NCBI GenBank assembly: GCA_045536365.1
Contig: JAZSNL010000020.1
Location: 96,767 to 160,766 of the forward strand
From: Bacilli bacterium
GTDB taxonomy: Bacteria > Bacillota_I > Bacilli_A > ML615J-28 > CAG-313
Direction of reading: 5' to 3'
DNA length: 64,000 nt
This document shows, piece by piece, positions 50,592-59,701 of the stretch; position 1 is the first letter of the stretch; each line of letters opens with the position of its first letter. A model generated the notes under the pieces. That model saw only the letters and a program-made list of their open reading frames with translations. It was not told the DNA's origin and did no database searches. Made by a program: the position numbers and the translations under genes.

Positions 50592-51710
50592 ATGAGATAT
50601 GCGGTAGGGTTAATGAGCGGAACTTCTCTTGATGGAGTAGATGCGAGTTTAGTATTGATCACAGATGATAGAAAATATCAATTAGTTGAATATATTTTAT
50701 ATCCTTATACGGAAGAGATTAAAAATAAAATATTAGATGCTTCTTCAATTGAAACATCTAATGTTCAAAAAATTTGTAGTTTGAATTTTGAAATAAGCCA
50801 TATTCATGTAGAAGCTATTAAGAAACTTATGGAAAAAGCTAATTTTGATATTAAAGATGTTGACTTTATTGCATATCATGGGCAAACTATTTGGCATAAT
50901 CCTAACAGAACAGAAAAGTATGTTTCTAGTACTTTACAAATAGGAGATGCGAGTGTTATAAGTTATGCTTTTAATAAGATGGTAATAAATAATTTCCGTA
51001 CGGCAGATGTTGCTGCAGGAGGAGAAGGAGCTCCGCTTGTCCCTTATGCGATTTTTAAATTATATCAAAAGGATGATTTATCTGTTGCTTTCCAAAATAT
51101 TGGAGGAATTGGTAATGTAACTTATTTACCAAAAAGTGGTAAAGTAGATGATGTTATTGCGTTTGATACGGGACCTGGTAACATGCTTATTGATGGTGCG
51201 ATGAAAAAGTTATTTAATTTACCTTATGATGATGGTGGGGAAATTGCTTTTAAAGGAAATATTAATATTGATGTTTTAAATTCTTTATTATGTGATGAAT
51301 ATTTTATTCAAATACCTCCTAAAAGTACAGGACGTGAAAAATATAATGAAGAATATTTAAATAGAGTTATTGACAAAGTATTGTTAAAAGGAACGAAAGA
51401 AGATGTTATTACAACCCTTTCTGCTTTTACTGCTGAGTCAATAATTAGTCAAATTAGCTTATATTTACCAGAAATTGATAAATTAATTGTTTCTGGTGGT
51501 GGTGCTCATAATGAATATATTATGAATTATTTACGTGAAAAAACGAATTATATTGTTGAAAAAGCTGAATATATGGATGCGTTAGAATCATTATGTTTTG
51601 TTGTTTTAGGTGATGCGACAATAAATAATGAACCTTCAAACATTCCAAATGTTACAAACGCAAGAGAAAAAGTTATATTAGGTAGTATCACTCTACCTCC
51701 AAGGAGATAA
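50592..51710 (+). CDS. anmK: Anhydro-N-acetylmuramic acid kinase
   Basis: GLMSGTSLDGVD, HGQTIWH, GGEGAPL, NIGGIGN, FDTGPGN and PPKSTGRE. Confidence 0.95.
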   Translation: MRYAVGLMSGTSLDGVDASLVLITDDRKYQLVEYILYPYTEEIKNKILDASSIETSNVQKICSLNFEISHIHVEAIKKLMEKANFDIKDVDFIAYHGQTIWHNPNRTEKYVSSTLQIGDASVISYAFNKMVINNFRTADVAAGGEGAPLVPYAIFKLYQKDDLSVAFQNIGGIGNVTYLPKSGKVDDVIAFDTGPGNMLIDGAMKKLFNLPYDDGGEIAFKGNINIDVLNSLLCDEYFIQIPPKSTGREKYNEEYLNRVIDKVLLKGTKEDVITTLSAFTAESIISQISLYLPEIDKLIVSGGGAHNEYIMNYLREKTNYIVEKAEYMDALESLCFVVLGDATINNEPSNIPNVTNAREKVILGSITLPPRR

Positions 51711-51712
51711 TT

Positions 51713-52618
51713 ATGGACTTAAATAAAATATCAACGGAATTAAGAAATCCTAATACAATGGATATAGATATCGTATCTACGAAAGAAATTTTAGTTAAAA
51801 TTAATAATGAAGATAAAAAAGTAGCTTATGTTATTGAAGAAAAATTAGATCAAATTACTGTAGTTGTAGATAAAATAGTAGAAGCTTTTAATAAAGGTGG
51901 AAGACTAATTTATATGGGTGCTGGAACAAGTGGAAGACTTGGTGTATTAGATGCGGTTGAGTGCCCTCCTACTTACGGAACACCTAAAGAAATGGTAATT
52001 GGTTTAATGGCAGGCGGAATCGATGCGTTAGAGTTTGCGGTGGAAGGTGCAGAAGATAGCGTTGAGCTTGCGGTTGAAGATTTAACAAGGGTTAATGTTA
52101 ATGAAAATGATATTGTTGTTGGTATTGCTGCAAGCGGAAGAACTCCTTATGTAGTAGGTGGTATTAAATTTGCTAAGGAAAAAGGAGCAATGACTTCATG
52201 TATTACAACTAGTTTAAATAGTATTCTTGCCCAAACTGTTGATTATCCAATTGAAGTTGTTACTGGAGCTGAGGCTATTACTGGTTCTACAAGAATGAAA
52301 TCTGGTACTGCTCAAAAGCTTGTTTGTAATATGTTAACTACTGCTAGCATGATTAAAATGGGTAAAGTGTATGAAAATTTAATGATTGATATGCAACCTA
52401 CTAATGAAAAATTAGTTGCAAGAGCAGAAAAAATGTTAATGGAAGTAACTGGATTAGACCGTGAAGGTGCTAAAGAATACATTAAAAAATATGGAAATGT
52501 TAAAAGATCAATGTTTGCGTATTTAACAGGTATTGAAAATATTAGTGTAATCGATGAATATTTAGCTAAAACAAAAGGAAATATTCGTTTAGCATTAAAA
52601 CTTGCTAAGGAGGAGTAA
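51713..52618 (+). CDS. murQ: N-acetylmuramic acid 6-phosphate etherase
   Basis: TE.RNP, GAGTSGRLGVLDA.ECPPT, EGAED and TGSTRMKSGTAQK. Confidence 0.96.
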   Translation: MDLNKISTELRNPNTMDIDIVSTKEILVKINNEDKKVAYVIEEKLDQITVVVDKIVEAFNKGGRLIYMGAGTSGRLGVLDAVECPPTYGTPKEMVIGLMAGGIDALEFAVEGAEDSVELAVEDLTRVNVNENDIVVGIAASGRTPYVVGGIKFAKEKGAMTSCITTSLNSILAQTVDYPIEVVTGAEAITGSTRMKSGTAQKLVCNMLTTASMIKMGKVYENLMIDMQPTNEKLVARAEKMLMEVTGLDREGAKEYIKKYGNVKRSMFAYLTGIENISVIDEYLAKTKGNIRLALKLAKEE

Positions 52619-52622
52619 TTTA

Positions 52623-53369
52623 ATGATAGTTAGACAAATGGAGTTAGTTTCTACTCATAAACATAAGAAATTTACACTTCGTGGATTGTGGACATTACCT
52701 GATGGAATTAGTGAAAGTTTAATTGTTATGTTCCATGGATACACAGGACATAAGAATGAAAATGGATTTTTATTCCGTCATTTATCTAGATTATTAGCTG
52801 AAAAAGGTATTTCAACAATAAGATATGATTTTATGGGTAGTGGTGATAGTGATGGTGAATTTAGTGATATGACTTTCTTTACTGAACTTGAAGATGCAAG
52901 AAATATTATTAATCAAGCTTATATGTTAAATAATTATAAGAATGTTATTGTTCTTGGTTTTTCAATGGGCGGTGCTATTGCAACTAGAGTATCTTTAGAA
53001 TTGCAAGATAAAATAGATAAATTAATTTTATTATCACCTGCCGGATCTATTAATAAAATTGCCGCAAGATCTTTTGAAGGTAATGATTTAGAAGTTTTAG
53101 ATTTAGGTGGATATTATTTACATCGTGATTTCTATGATACTTTAGTAGGATATGACATGTATAAAGATATTGAAACTTTTAAAAAACCTGTTGTAATTAT
53201 TCATGGCGAAGAAGATCAAGCTGTAGATATTTCTTATGGTAAAAAGTATGATGATTTATATCCTCATAGTGTTATGTATACTATTCCTAATTCTCCACAT
53301 TGTTATACAAAGGTTGAGTATCGTGAATTAGTTGATGAATATATATTAAGATTTTTAGGAAAAAAATAA
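52623..53369 (+). CDS. Alpha/beta-fold serine hydrolase (esterase-like)
   Basis: HGYTG, DFMGSGDSDG, nucleophile GFSMG, HGEEDQAV and His in PH. Start moved to ATG 52623 after AGGAG. Confidence 0.88.
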   Translation: MIVRQMELVSTHKHKKFTLRGLWTLPDGISESLIVMFHGYTGHKNENGFLFRHLSRLLAEKGISTIRYDFMGSGDSDGEFSDMTFFTELEDARNIINQAYMLNNYKNVIVLGFSMGGAIATRVSLELQDKIDKLILLSPAGSINKIAARSFEGNDLEVLDLGGYYLHRDFYDTLVGYDMYKDIETFKKPVVIIHGEEDQAVDISYGKKYDDLYPHSVMYTIPNSPHCYTKVEYRELVDEYILRFLGKK

Positions 53370-53396
53370 AAGGCTAGGATTACCTAGCCTTTTTTT
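53368..53396. terminator. Bidirectional intrinsic terminator
   Basis: AAAAGGCTAGG-ATTA-CCTAGCCTTTTTTT between convergent genes. Confidence 0.85.
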
Positions 53397-53405
53397 GAAA
53401 GGAAA

Positions 53406-54404
53406 TTATTTTCTACCTAAACCCATTTTACGTTTCACTTTAGAAACCATTTTAGCGGCAAAATAGCTTGCTTTTTCGCGTCCTTGATTTAAAACTTCAT
53501 CGATATAAGGACTATCAATATATTCTTTGTATTTGTCTTGAATTGGTTTTAAAATGTTAACAACACTATCGGCTACAGCTTTTTTAAATTCACCATATCC
53601 TTTTCCGTTGTATTCTTTTACAATTTCTTCAATTGGTTTACCGCTACAACATGACATAATAGTTAATAAATTAGATACACCTGGTTTATTAATAGGATCA
53701 TATATTATAGATCCTTCACTATCTGTTACTGCTGAAGCGATTTTCTTTCTTATTATATTTTCTTCATCTAATAAGAAGATGCATGCTTTTTGATCAGGGT
53801 CTGATTTTGACATTTTCTTTAAAGGATTTTGTAATGACATTATTTTAGCACCTTGTTTAAAGATTAATGGTTCAGGAACATTAAATGTAGGACTGAAACG
53901 ATTATTAAATCTCTCAGCAAGATTTCTTGATAATTCTAAGTGTTGTTTTTGATCTTCGCCAACTGGTACATAATCGGCGTTATAAAGTAAGATATCTCCA
54001 GCCATTAATACTGGATATGTAAGTAATGCGCTTGATACACCACTTACTTGTTTTTCTTTTTTATCTTTATATTGTGTCATTCTTTCTAATTCACCTAAGT
54101 ATGTTATTGTTTGTAGTAAATATCCCATTTCAGCATGTTCTTTAACTTCTGATTGAATAAATAATGATGTTTTTTCCGGGTCTAATCCACAAGCAAGATA
54201 TACTGCCGCAAGTGAACGGATATTTTTTCTCAATGTTGTTGGATCTTGAGGAACAGTGATTGAATGCAAATCAGCAATAAATACGAAGATATTGCATTCT
54301 TCTTCAAAATTTTCTTGTAAATATACAAAATTTTTGATTGCTCCTAAGAAATTACCTAATGTCATTTGGCCTGATGGTTGAATTCCTGATAATATAGTTT
54401 TCAT
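53406..54404 (-). CDS. trpS: Tryptophan--tRNA ligase
   Basis: SGIQPSG, TLGN, VPVGEDQKQH and KMSKS; true start MKTILSG at 54404 after the AGGAGG RBS. Confidence 0.97.
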   Translation of the reverse strand: MKTILSGIQPSGQMTLGNFLGAIKNFVYLQENFEEECNIFVFIADLHSITVPQDPTTLRKNIRSLAAVYLACGLDPEKTSLFIQSEVKEHAEMGYLLQTITYLGELERMTQYKDKKEKQVSGVSSALLTYPVLMAGDILLYNADYVPVGEDQKQHLELSRNLAERFNNRFSPTFNVPEPLIFKQGAKIMSLQNPLKKMSKSDPDQKACIFLLDEENIIRKKIASAVTDSEGSIIYDPINKPGVSNLLTIMSCCSGKPIEEIVKEYNGKGYGEFKKAVADSVVNILKPIQDKYKEYIDSPYIDEVLNQGREKASYFAAKMVSKVKRKMGLGRK

Positions 54405-54417
54405 AAAAACCTCCTTA

Positions 54418-54642
54418 AAATAAAAAAAGTCCTTTATAGAAAAAGGACGAAAATTCCGTGGTACCACCTTAATTTGAAAACTAAAAGTTTTCCTCATACA
54501 TTTAACGCATAGTTTACGGAAAAGCATTTCCTCTTTTCACATCAAAGGCCCATTCATTAATTGTTAATATAGTATTCCACCAACCTACTACTCTCTATGA
54601 ATAACATTATTAATTACTATTCCTTATCAAATGTTTTAGTTA
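54418..54642 (-). promoter_or_regulatory. Trp T-box riboswitch leader
   Basis: Minus strand: AGTA kink motif, AGAGAG...GGTGGAA stem I, specifier TGG (54552-54550), T-box AAGGTGGTACCACG, then terminator GTCCTTT...AAAGGAC-TTTTTT. Confidence 0.92.
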
Positions 54643-54649
54643 TGCCTTG

Positions 54650-54711
54650 ATTATAATTAAAAGATAAATAAAAGTCAAGCGTTTGACAAAAATAAAAATT
54701 ACTTGTATAAT
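54650..54711. promoter_or_regulatory. Back-to-back SigA promoters (trpS leader on minus, membrane-protein gene on plus)
   Basis: Minus: TTGACT(54678-54673)-17-TATAAT(54655-54650). Plus: TTGACA(54683)-17-TATAAT(54706). Confidence 0.8.
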
Positions 54712-54738
54712 AATAGCAAATTAGATGAGGTGTAGATT

Positions 54739-55431
54739 ATGAAAAGAAAAAATAATAATCAAGAGTTAAAAAATCTTGAAAAAAGTATTTTAAAAAATAG
54801 ATTTATTATGTTAATACCATTAGTGTTATGTGTTGTATTTATTTTCTTAAATGCTATTTCATATGTAGGAACTTATGGTATTAAAGTAGAAACTAAAGAT
54901 TCAAAGACAGAATATATTTTAGAATTTGATGAAGAAGCTACACAAGGTGTATCTTTATTAGATATTATTTTAGGAAATAATCGTGAAACTGAAATTGTTG
55001 GTACTTTAACTGTTAATCAAAATGCTGCTAAGGCAACAGAAGAAACTGTTTTAATTATCTGTCCAACAGTTCCTGGTTTATTAGTTTTTGGTATTTTATT
55101 TATTCTAGGATTAATCTTATCAGTTGTTCCTATTTTTAAATGTTCAAAAGCTAATATGATTCAACTTTGTGTATCTGTATTATTAATAGTAGTATCAGCA
55201 GTATTTATGATGGCTAAGTTAAATGAATTACTACCAGAGTATGCAGAAATTTCTCGTTTATCTGTTTTACAACAAATTGTTGGTAATATTGATCATAAGG
55301 ATATTTCAAATGGTGTAAGTACTGTAGTATCTTATCAATTCATTTTATTAGTAATTAGTGCTGCAGTTCAAGTGTTTTTTGCGGGAGTAAATTTATTTAA
55401 TTATCGTCGTAAAGCACGTTTACAAAAATAG
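54739..55431 (+). CDS. Hypothetical 4-TM membrane protein
   Basis: GAGGTG RBS, own promoter and terminator; four hydrophobic segments; no family recognised. Confidence 0.75.
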   Translation: MKRKNNNQELKNLEKSILKNRFIMLIPLVLCVVFIFLNAISYVGTYGIKVETKDSKTEYILEFDEEATQGVSLLDIILGNNRETEIVGTLTVNQNAAKATEETVLIICPTVPGLLVFGILFILGLILSVVPIFKCSKANMIQLCVSVLLIVVSAVFMMAKLNELLPEYAEISRLSVLQQIVGNIDHKDISNGVSTVVSYQFILLVISAAVQVFFAGVNLFNYRRKARLQK

Positions 55432-55433
55432 GC

Positions 55434-55462
55434 AAGAAAGGTAAAAATTACCTTTCTTTTTT
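55434..55462 (+). terminator. Intrinsic terminator
   Basis: AAGAAAGGTAA-AAA-TTACCTTTCTT plus T tract. Confidence 0.8.
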
Positions 55463-55519
55463 AAATTTATAATGAAAATAAAAAAGTAAAGTAAAGTTTA
55501 GAAAAAAAACAAAAAACAA

Positions 55520-55595
55520 TGTAAGTGTTTTCATTTTGTCGAAAACGTTTACATTGCGTTTTTTGATTGACACTAGTATAAAAATGTAATATAAT
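55520..55595 (+). promoter_or_regulatory. oppA promoter with two upstream cre/LacI-like sites 20 bp apart
   Basis: TGTAAGTGTTTTCA 55520-55533; CGAAAACGTTTACA 55540-55553; TTGACA(55567)-17-TATAAT(55590). Confidence 0.75.
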
Positions 55596-55626
55596 GTTAG
55601 TATCTTTTTGAAAGGAGATATATTTA

Positions 55627-58404
55627 ATGAAAAAAAGAATTTTAGTTTTAGCTGCATTATTTGCTTCTTTATTCGCATTAGCTAGTTGCGGACCTAACCC
55701 AGGTAAGAGCAAATTTACAGTTTCATTTGACGCTGCTGGTGGTACACCTGTTAAATTCCAAACAGTTGAAGAAGGAAAAACAGTTATCAAACCTGCAGAC
55801 CCACTATATGTTCAAGAAGAACGCATTAAAGAATTTTTAGGCTGGCATGATGAAAATGGTAATTTATATGATTTCTCAGCTCCAGTTACTGGTAACGTTA
55901 GTTTAACTGCTAAATGGGCAGAAGAATACGGCGTATTAGCTGGTGGAACTTCTGGTAAATTATATAACTTCAAATATGCTAACGCTGAATATCGTGAATT
56001 ATTATGTGCAACATTAGAACGTTGGTTAATTGATAAAGGTATCTCAATTCCTCTATACTATTCTAACGGTTTAGTAATGTATAATGAACGTATCACTCCT
56101 GCTACAGAAGAATACGTTGCATACATGGGTTATGGTGCATCTTATGGTTCATTCACTGGTGAAGACAACTATCGTACTTCAACTACTGCTATGGCTGACT
56201 CTGCTAACAAATTCGATTACAGATCAGATTCTGACAGTGCTGTTATTGGTATGATCGAAGCTTCTTTATACGTATTTGACTGGAATAAAGACTTCACTGG
56301 TTTCGAAGTATTACCTGAATTAGCAAATGGATTCCCAGTTCCTGTTGCTCAAAACGAAGCTGGCGAATGGGTTGAAACAGAAGAAAATCCAACTTACGAA
56401 TCATTATCTCGTTCTTGGAAAGTTGCTGTTCGTACTGATATGAAATTCTCTGATGGATCTGCTATCACATTAAAGAACTTTGAAGATAACTTAAAGATCT
56501 TATTAGATCCTGAATACAAATACTATCGTGCAAACGCATGTTATTCTGGTTCATTTGTTATTGCAAACGCTAAAAAATATTATGATGGCGAAGTTGCATG
56601 GGAAAAAGTTGGTTTCACTTTTGATGCTGAAAATAACTGCATTATCTATACTTTAACTCAAGAATTATCACAAATCGACTTCATGTATAACACTTCTTCT
56701 TATTTATTTGGTGTTGCTGATAAAGAATTCCATGATTCTTTAGGTAAAGATGGTTTCGGTGCTATCCCTCAAGGTACTACTGAATTTAAATCTGTTAAAG
56801 CTTCTGGTGAATTTATCGTTGATTACTATGAAGATGAAAAACAAGTTCGTTATGTTAAAAACCCTGAATACATTCCAAATCCTTTAAGATATCATGGAAC
56901 AGTATTTAGCAAATTTACAGAAACTAAAGTTGGTTCTGCTGAAGCTGCATGGGAATTATTCTTAGCTGGTGAATTAGATGCTGCATCTGTTCCATCTGCT
57001 GAATATGCTAACTATGTAAATGACCCTCGTGCTAAAGTTTCTCCAGGTGCAACTGTATGGCGTTTATCTGTTAACCAAGCAAGTGATGAATACTTAAAAG
57101 AATTCACTGGCGGTGCTTGGGAAGGTAACGTATTAATGCAAAATAGAAACTTCCAATGGGCATTATACTTTGGTGTTAACCGTAAACACGTTGCAGAAAA
57201 CATCGTTGTTGCTGGTTCTCCTTGCCAATTCTATGTTAACGATACTTACAAAGTAGCTGTTCAAGCTCCTACAGGTTATAGAAGTTCTGAAGCTGCTGCA
57301 TTAGTTGCTGGTACTACTTTAACTGATACTGGTATTGACCTATTAGAAGAATCTTATGGTTATTCTGAAGAAGATGCATTAGCATTCTACATTGCTGCAT
57401 TAGATGAAATCGTTGCTGCACAAAAAGTAGATCCTTCTAAAGCTACTACATTAAAAGTTGAACTTAACAACTGGCCTGCAACTTCTACAGTTCAAGTTAA
57501 CGTAACTAACTACATCGCTCAAGAATATGAAAGAATTTTCAATTCTCAAACTAAATACCCTAACATTAAAGTTGAATTCGAAGTATTAATGACTGACTCT
57601 TCTACTTCATATTATGGCAAACAAATGCTTGCTCAATATGACTTAGCTATGGCTGGTATTTCTGGTGGTGCATTAGATATCCTTGGCTTATTCGACGTTT
57701 GGTCTTCTTCTGATTTAAACGGTTTAAGATTAAGTTTTGGTGTTAACACTGAATCAGTTGTTAAATACGATGACTTAATTTTATGGGATGGCGAATATTG
57801 GACATATGATGCATTAGTTGCTGCTGCATCTGCTCCTGCTTGGATCGTTTGCGGTGCTAAGAATGATAACTATACTGAAGCTGTTTCTGATGCTTCTGCT
57901 AAGATGGATGCATTAAATGCACACGTTGCTGCTGGTCTTGAAGGTGAAGCTGCTGAAGCTTGGGAAGCTACTTATAAGAAAGCTGTTGCTAAATTAGATG
58001 CTGTTGTTACTCCTGCTGAAGCTTACGCTGTATTAGAAGACTTTATCGCTACTGTTGAAGCTCAATTAGGTCAAGAATTATCTGACGCTGATTTAATCGC
58101 TATCTATGGTGCTGGTAACTATGCTGCATGTTTACAATGGGTAGCATTATATGCAGTTGATGGTGGTTTAATTGGAGAAAATCCTGACATCGACGGTGAT
58201 GGACAACCTAACTCTATTTTAGAATGGTTAGAAGCTTATGGATATGTTGATTATGCTGCAGAAGTTAAAGCTTACTTAGAAGCTGCTGAAGCTGCAATCG
58301 CTGCTTGGGAAGCTGAAGGTGGAAAAACTGAAGCTAACTCTGAAGCATTAGCTGCTGCTGCTGCTAATTTAGCTGGTTGGTATAGCTCAATGTGGTCATC
58401 ATAA
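55627..58404 (+). CDS. oppA: Oligopeptide ABC substrate-binding lipoprotein (family 5) with InlB B-repeat and Ala/Glu-rich C-terminal extension
   Basis: Lipobox LASC; TVSFDAAGG...FLGWHDE...LTAKW; PELA, KFSDG.AIT, KNPEY and FLAGELD; upstream of oppBCDF. Confidence 0.8.
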   Translation: MKKRILVLAALFASLFALASCGPNPGKSKFTVSFDAAGGTPVKFQTVEEGKTVIKPADPLYVQEERIKEFLGWHDENGNLYDFSAPVTGNVSLTAKWAEEYGVLAGGTSGKLYNFKYANAEYRELLCATLERWLIDKGISIPLYYSNGLVMYNERITPATEEYVAYMGYGASYGSFTGEDNYRTSTTAMADSANKFDYRSDSDSAVIGMIEASLYVFDWNKDFTGFEVLPELANGFPVPVAQNEAGEWVETEENPTYESLSRSWKVAVRTDMKFSDGSAITLKNFEDNLKILLDPEYKYYRANACYSGSFVIANAKKYYDGEVAWEKVGFTFDAENNCIIYTLTQELSQIDFMYNTSSYLFGVADKEFHDSLGKDGFGAIPQGTTEFKSVKASGEFIVDYYEDEKQVRYVKNPEYIPNPLRYHGTVFSKFTETKVGSAEAAWELFLAGELDAASVPSAEYANYVNDPRAKVSPGATVWRLSVNQASDEYLKEFTGGAWEGNVLMQNRNFQWALYFGVNRKHVAENIVVAGSPCQFYVNDTYKVAVQAPTGYRSSEAAALVAGTTLTDTGIDLLEESYGYSEEDALAFYIAALDEIVAAQKVDPSKATTLKVELNNWPATSTVQVNVTNYIAQEYERIFNSQTKYPNIKVEFEVLMTDSSTSYYGKQMLAQYDLAMAGISGGALDILGLFDVWSSSDLNGLRLSFGVNTESVVKYDDLILWDGEYWTYDALVAAASAPAWIVCGAKNDNYTEAVSDASAKMDALNAHVAAGLEGEAAEAWEATYKKAVAKLDAVVTPAEAYAVLEDFIATVEAQLGQELSDADLIAIYGAGNYAACLQWVALYAVDGGLIGENPDIDGDGQPNSILEWLEAYGYVDYAAEVKAYLEAAEAAIAAWEAEGGKTEANSEALAAAAANLAGWYSSMWSS

Positions 58405-58440
58405 TTATTGGTAAACAATAATTTCCTAAATAATTAAAAT

Positions 58441-58470
58441 TAAGGCCAACTATATTGGTTGGCCTTATTT
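58441..58470 (+). terminator. Terminator or stabilising hairpin after oppA
   Basis: TAAGGCCAAC...GTTGGCCTTA plus TTT. Confidence 0.75.
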
Positions 58471-58506
58471 CTTTATAAAAGGCAATAATAAAAGTTTTTC
58501 GATATT

Positions 58507-58570
58507 ATTGCAACAATTTAATATTTGTAGTATAATATATAAAATAACAAACAAATATAATTGTTGCAAT
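58507..58570 (+). promoter_or_regulatory. Internal oppB promoter enclosed in a long inverted repeat
   Basis: TTGCAA(58508)-17-TATAAT(58531); arms ATTGCAACAATT-TA-ATATTTGT and ACAAATAT-AATTGTTGCAAT. Confidence 0.6.
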
Positions 58571-58607
58571 GCTATTAAAAAGCATGTAAAGAAAGGATTA
58601 GTAGATT

Positions 58608-59687
58608 ATGTTAAAATATGCATTAAAGAGATTAGTGTTAATATTTTTTACACTATTAATTATCTTGACAATCACATATATTTTGATGATGAAATTGCCA
58701 AGATATATTACAGATATGAAAGCACTAGAAGAACCTGCAACTTTAGATACTTACATGTCTGTTGAAGTAAAAAATGGTTATTATGAAAAGTTTGTGTATT
58801 ATTTAACACCTGAAGAAATGGAAGCTGCAGGTAATAAAAATTACGCAATTGAAAAAGATGAAACTATTTCATATGTAACTATTTATGATTATGTGAAGGG
58901 TGTTAAAACAACTTATTCAAGAACACCAATTTTAAAACAATATGGAAAATGGCTAATCAATGCTGTTCAAGGTGACTGGGGTCAATCAGAACAATATCGT
59001 CGTGGTCATGCTACATGGGATATTATGGTTCCTAGATTTGCGGTTAATATTAAGATTAACATTTGGGCATCATTAATTTCAGTTCCTGTTGGTATTTTAA
59101 TTGGTTGTTTAATTGCTTTAAGAAAGAATAGTTTAATTGACCAAGTAGTTATGGTTGGATCATTAATATTCTCTTCTGTACCAAGTTTCGTTATTATCAC
59201 ATTTATGATGTTAGGTGCTAAGTATGTTGGTTTACCTTCTCAATTCCCTACATCAGATAATATGACATGGCTTGCTTATATCATACCGGTAACTGCTCTT
59301 GCGATTGGTCCTATTGGTGGTTATACTCGTGTTGTTAGAAATGAGTTAGCAGAAGTTATGACTTCTGACTTCGTATTATTAGCTAGAACTAAGGGCTTAA
59401 CTACTTCTCAAACTATTGTAAGACATGCTTTTAGAAATGCGATGGTTATTTATATTCCTGCTATTTTTGGTGAAATTATCGGTTTACTTTCTGGTTCATT
59501 AGTATTAGAAAGAATTTATGGTATACCTGGTATTGGTCCATTATTCCTAGAAGCTATTAACAGAAAAGACTATAACTTAATTATGACAATTCTTGCGTTC
59601 GAAGTTTGTATTGGTCTATGTTTTGGATTATTTGCAGACTTAATGTATGGGGTTATTGACCCACGTATCAGAATTGGTTCAAGATAG
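58608..59687 (+). CDS. oppB: Oligopeptide ABC permease
   Basis: MLKYALKRL, QYGKW...GDWGQS, ARTKGL...IVRHAFRNA and DPRIR. Confidence 0.92.
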   Translation: MLKYALKRLVLIFFTLLIILTITYILMMKLPRYITDMKALEEPATLDTYMSVEVKNGYYEKFVYYLTPEEMEAAGNKNYAIEKDETISYVTIYDYVKGVKTTYSRTPILKQYGKWLINAVQGDWGQSEQYRRGHATWDIMVPRFAVNIKINIWASLISVPVGILIGCLIALRKNSLIDQVVMVGSLIFSSVPSFVIITFMMLGAKYVGLPSQFPTSDNMTWLAYIIPVTALAIGPIGGYTRVVRNELAEVMTSDFVLLARTKGLTTSQTIVRHAFRNAMVIYIPAIFGEIIGLLSGSLVLERIYGIPGIGPLFLEAINRKDYNLIMTILAFEVCIGLCFGLFADLMYGVIDPRIRIGSR

Positions 59688-59701
59688 GAGGCTGAGTAAT
59701 T

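Noticed and set aside
54405-54527. 41-aa N-terminal extension of TrpS in the ORF track
   Set aside because: It is the T-box antiterminator/terminator region; the RBS and conserved start are at 54404.
54674-54687. Near-palindrome GTCAAGCGTTTGAC as a cre-like operator
   Set aside because: Fully explained by two back-to-back -35 hexamers (TTGACT and TTGACA).
55448-55790. Minus-strand ORFs across the oppA promoter (also plus-strand 58508-58765 across the oppB promoter)
   Set aside because: They run through promoter/operator DNA and the starts of real genes; low-complexity translations.
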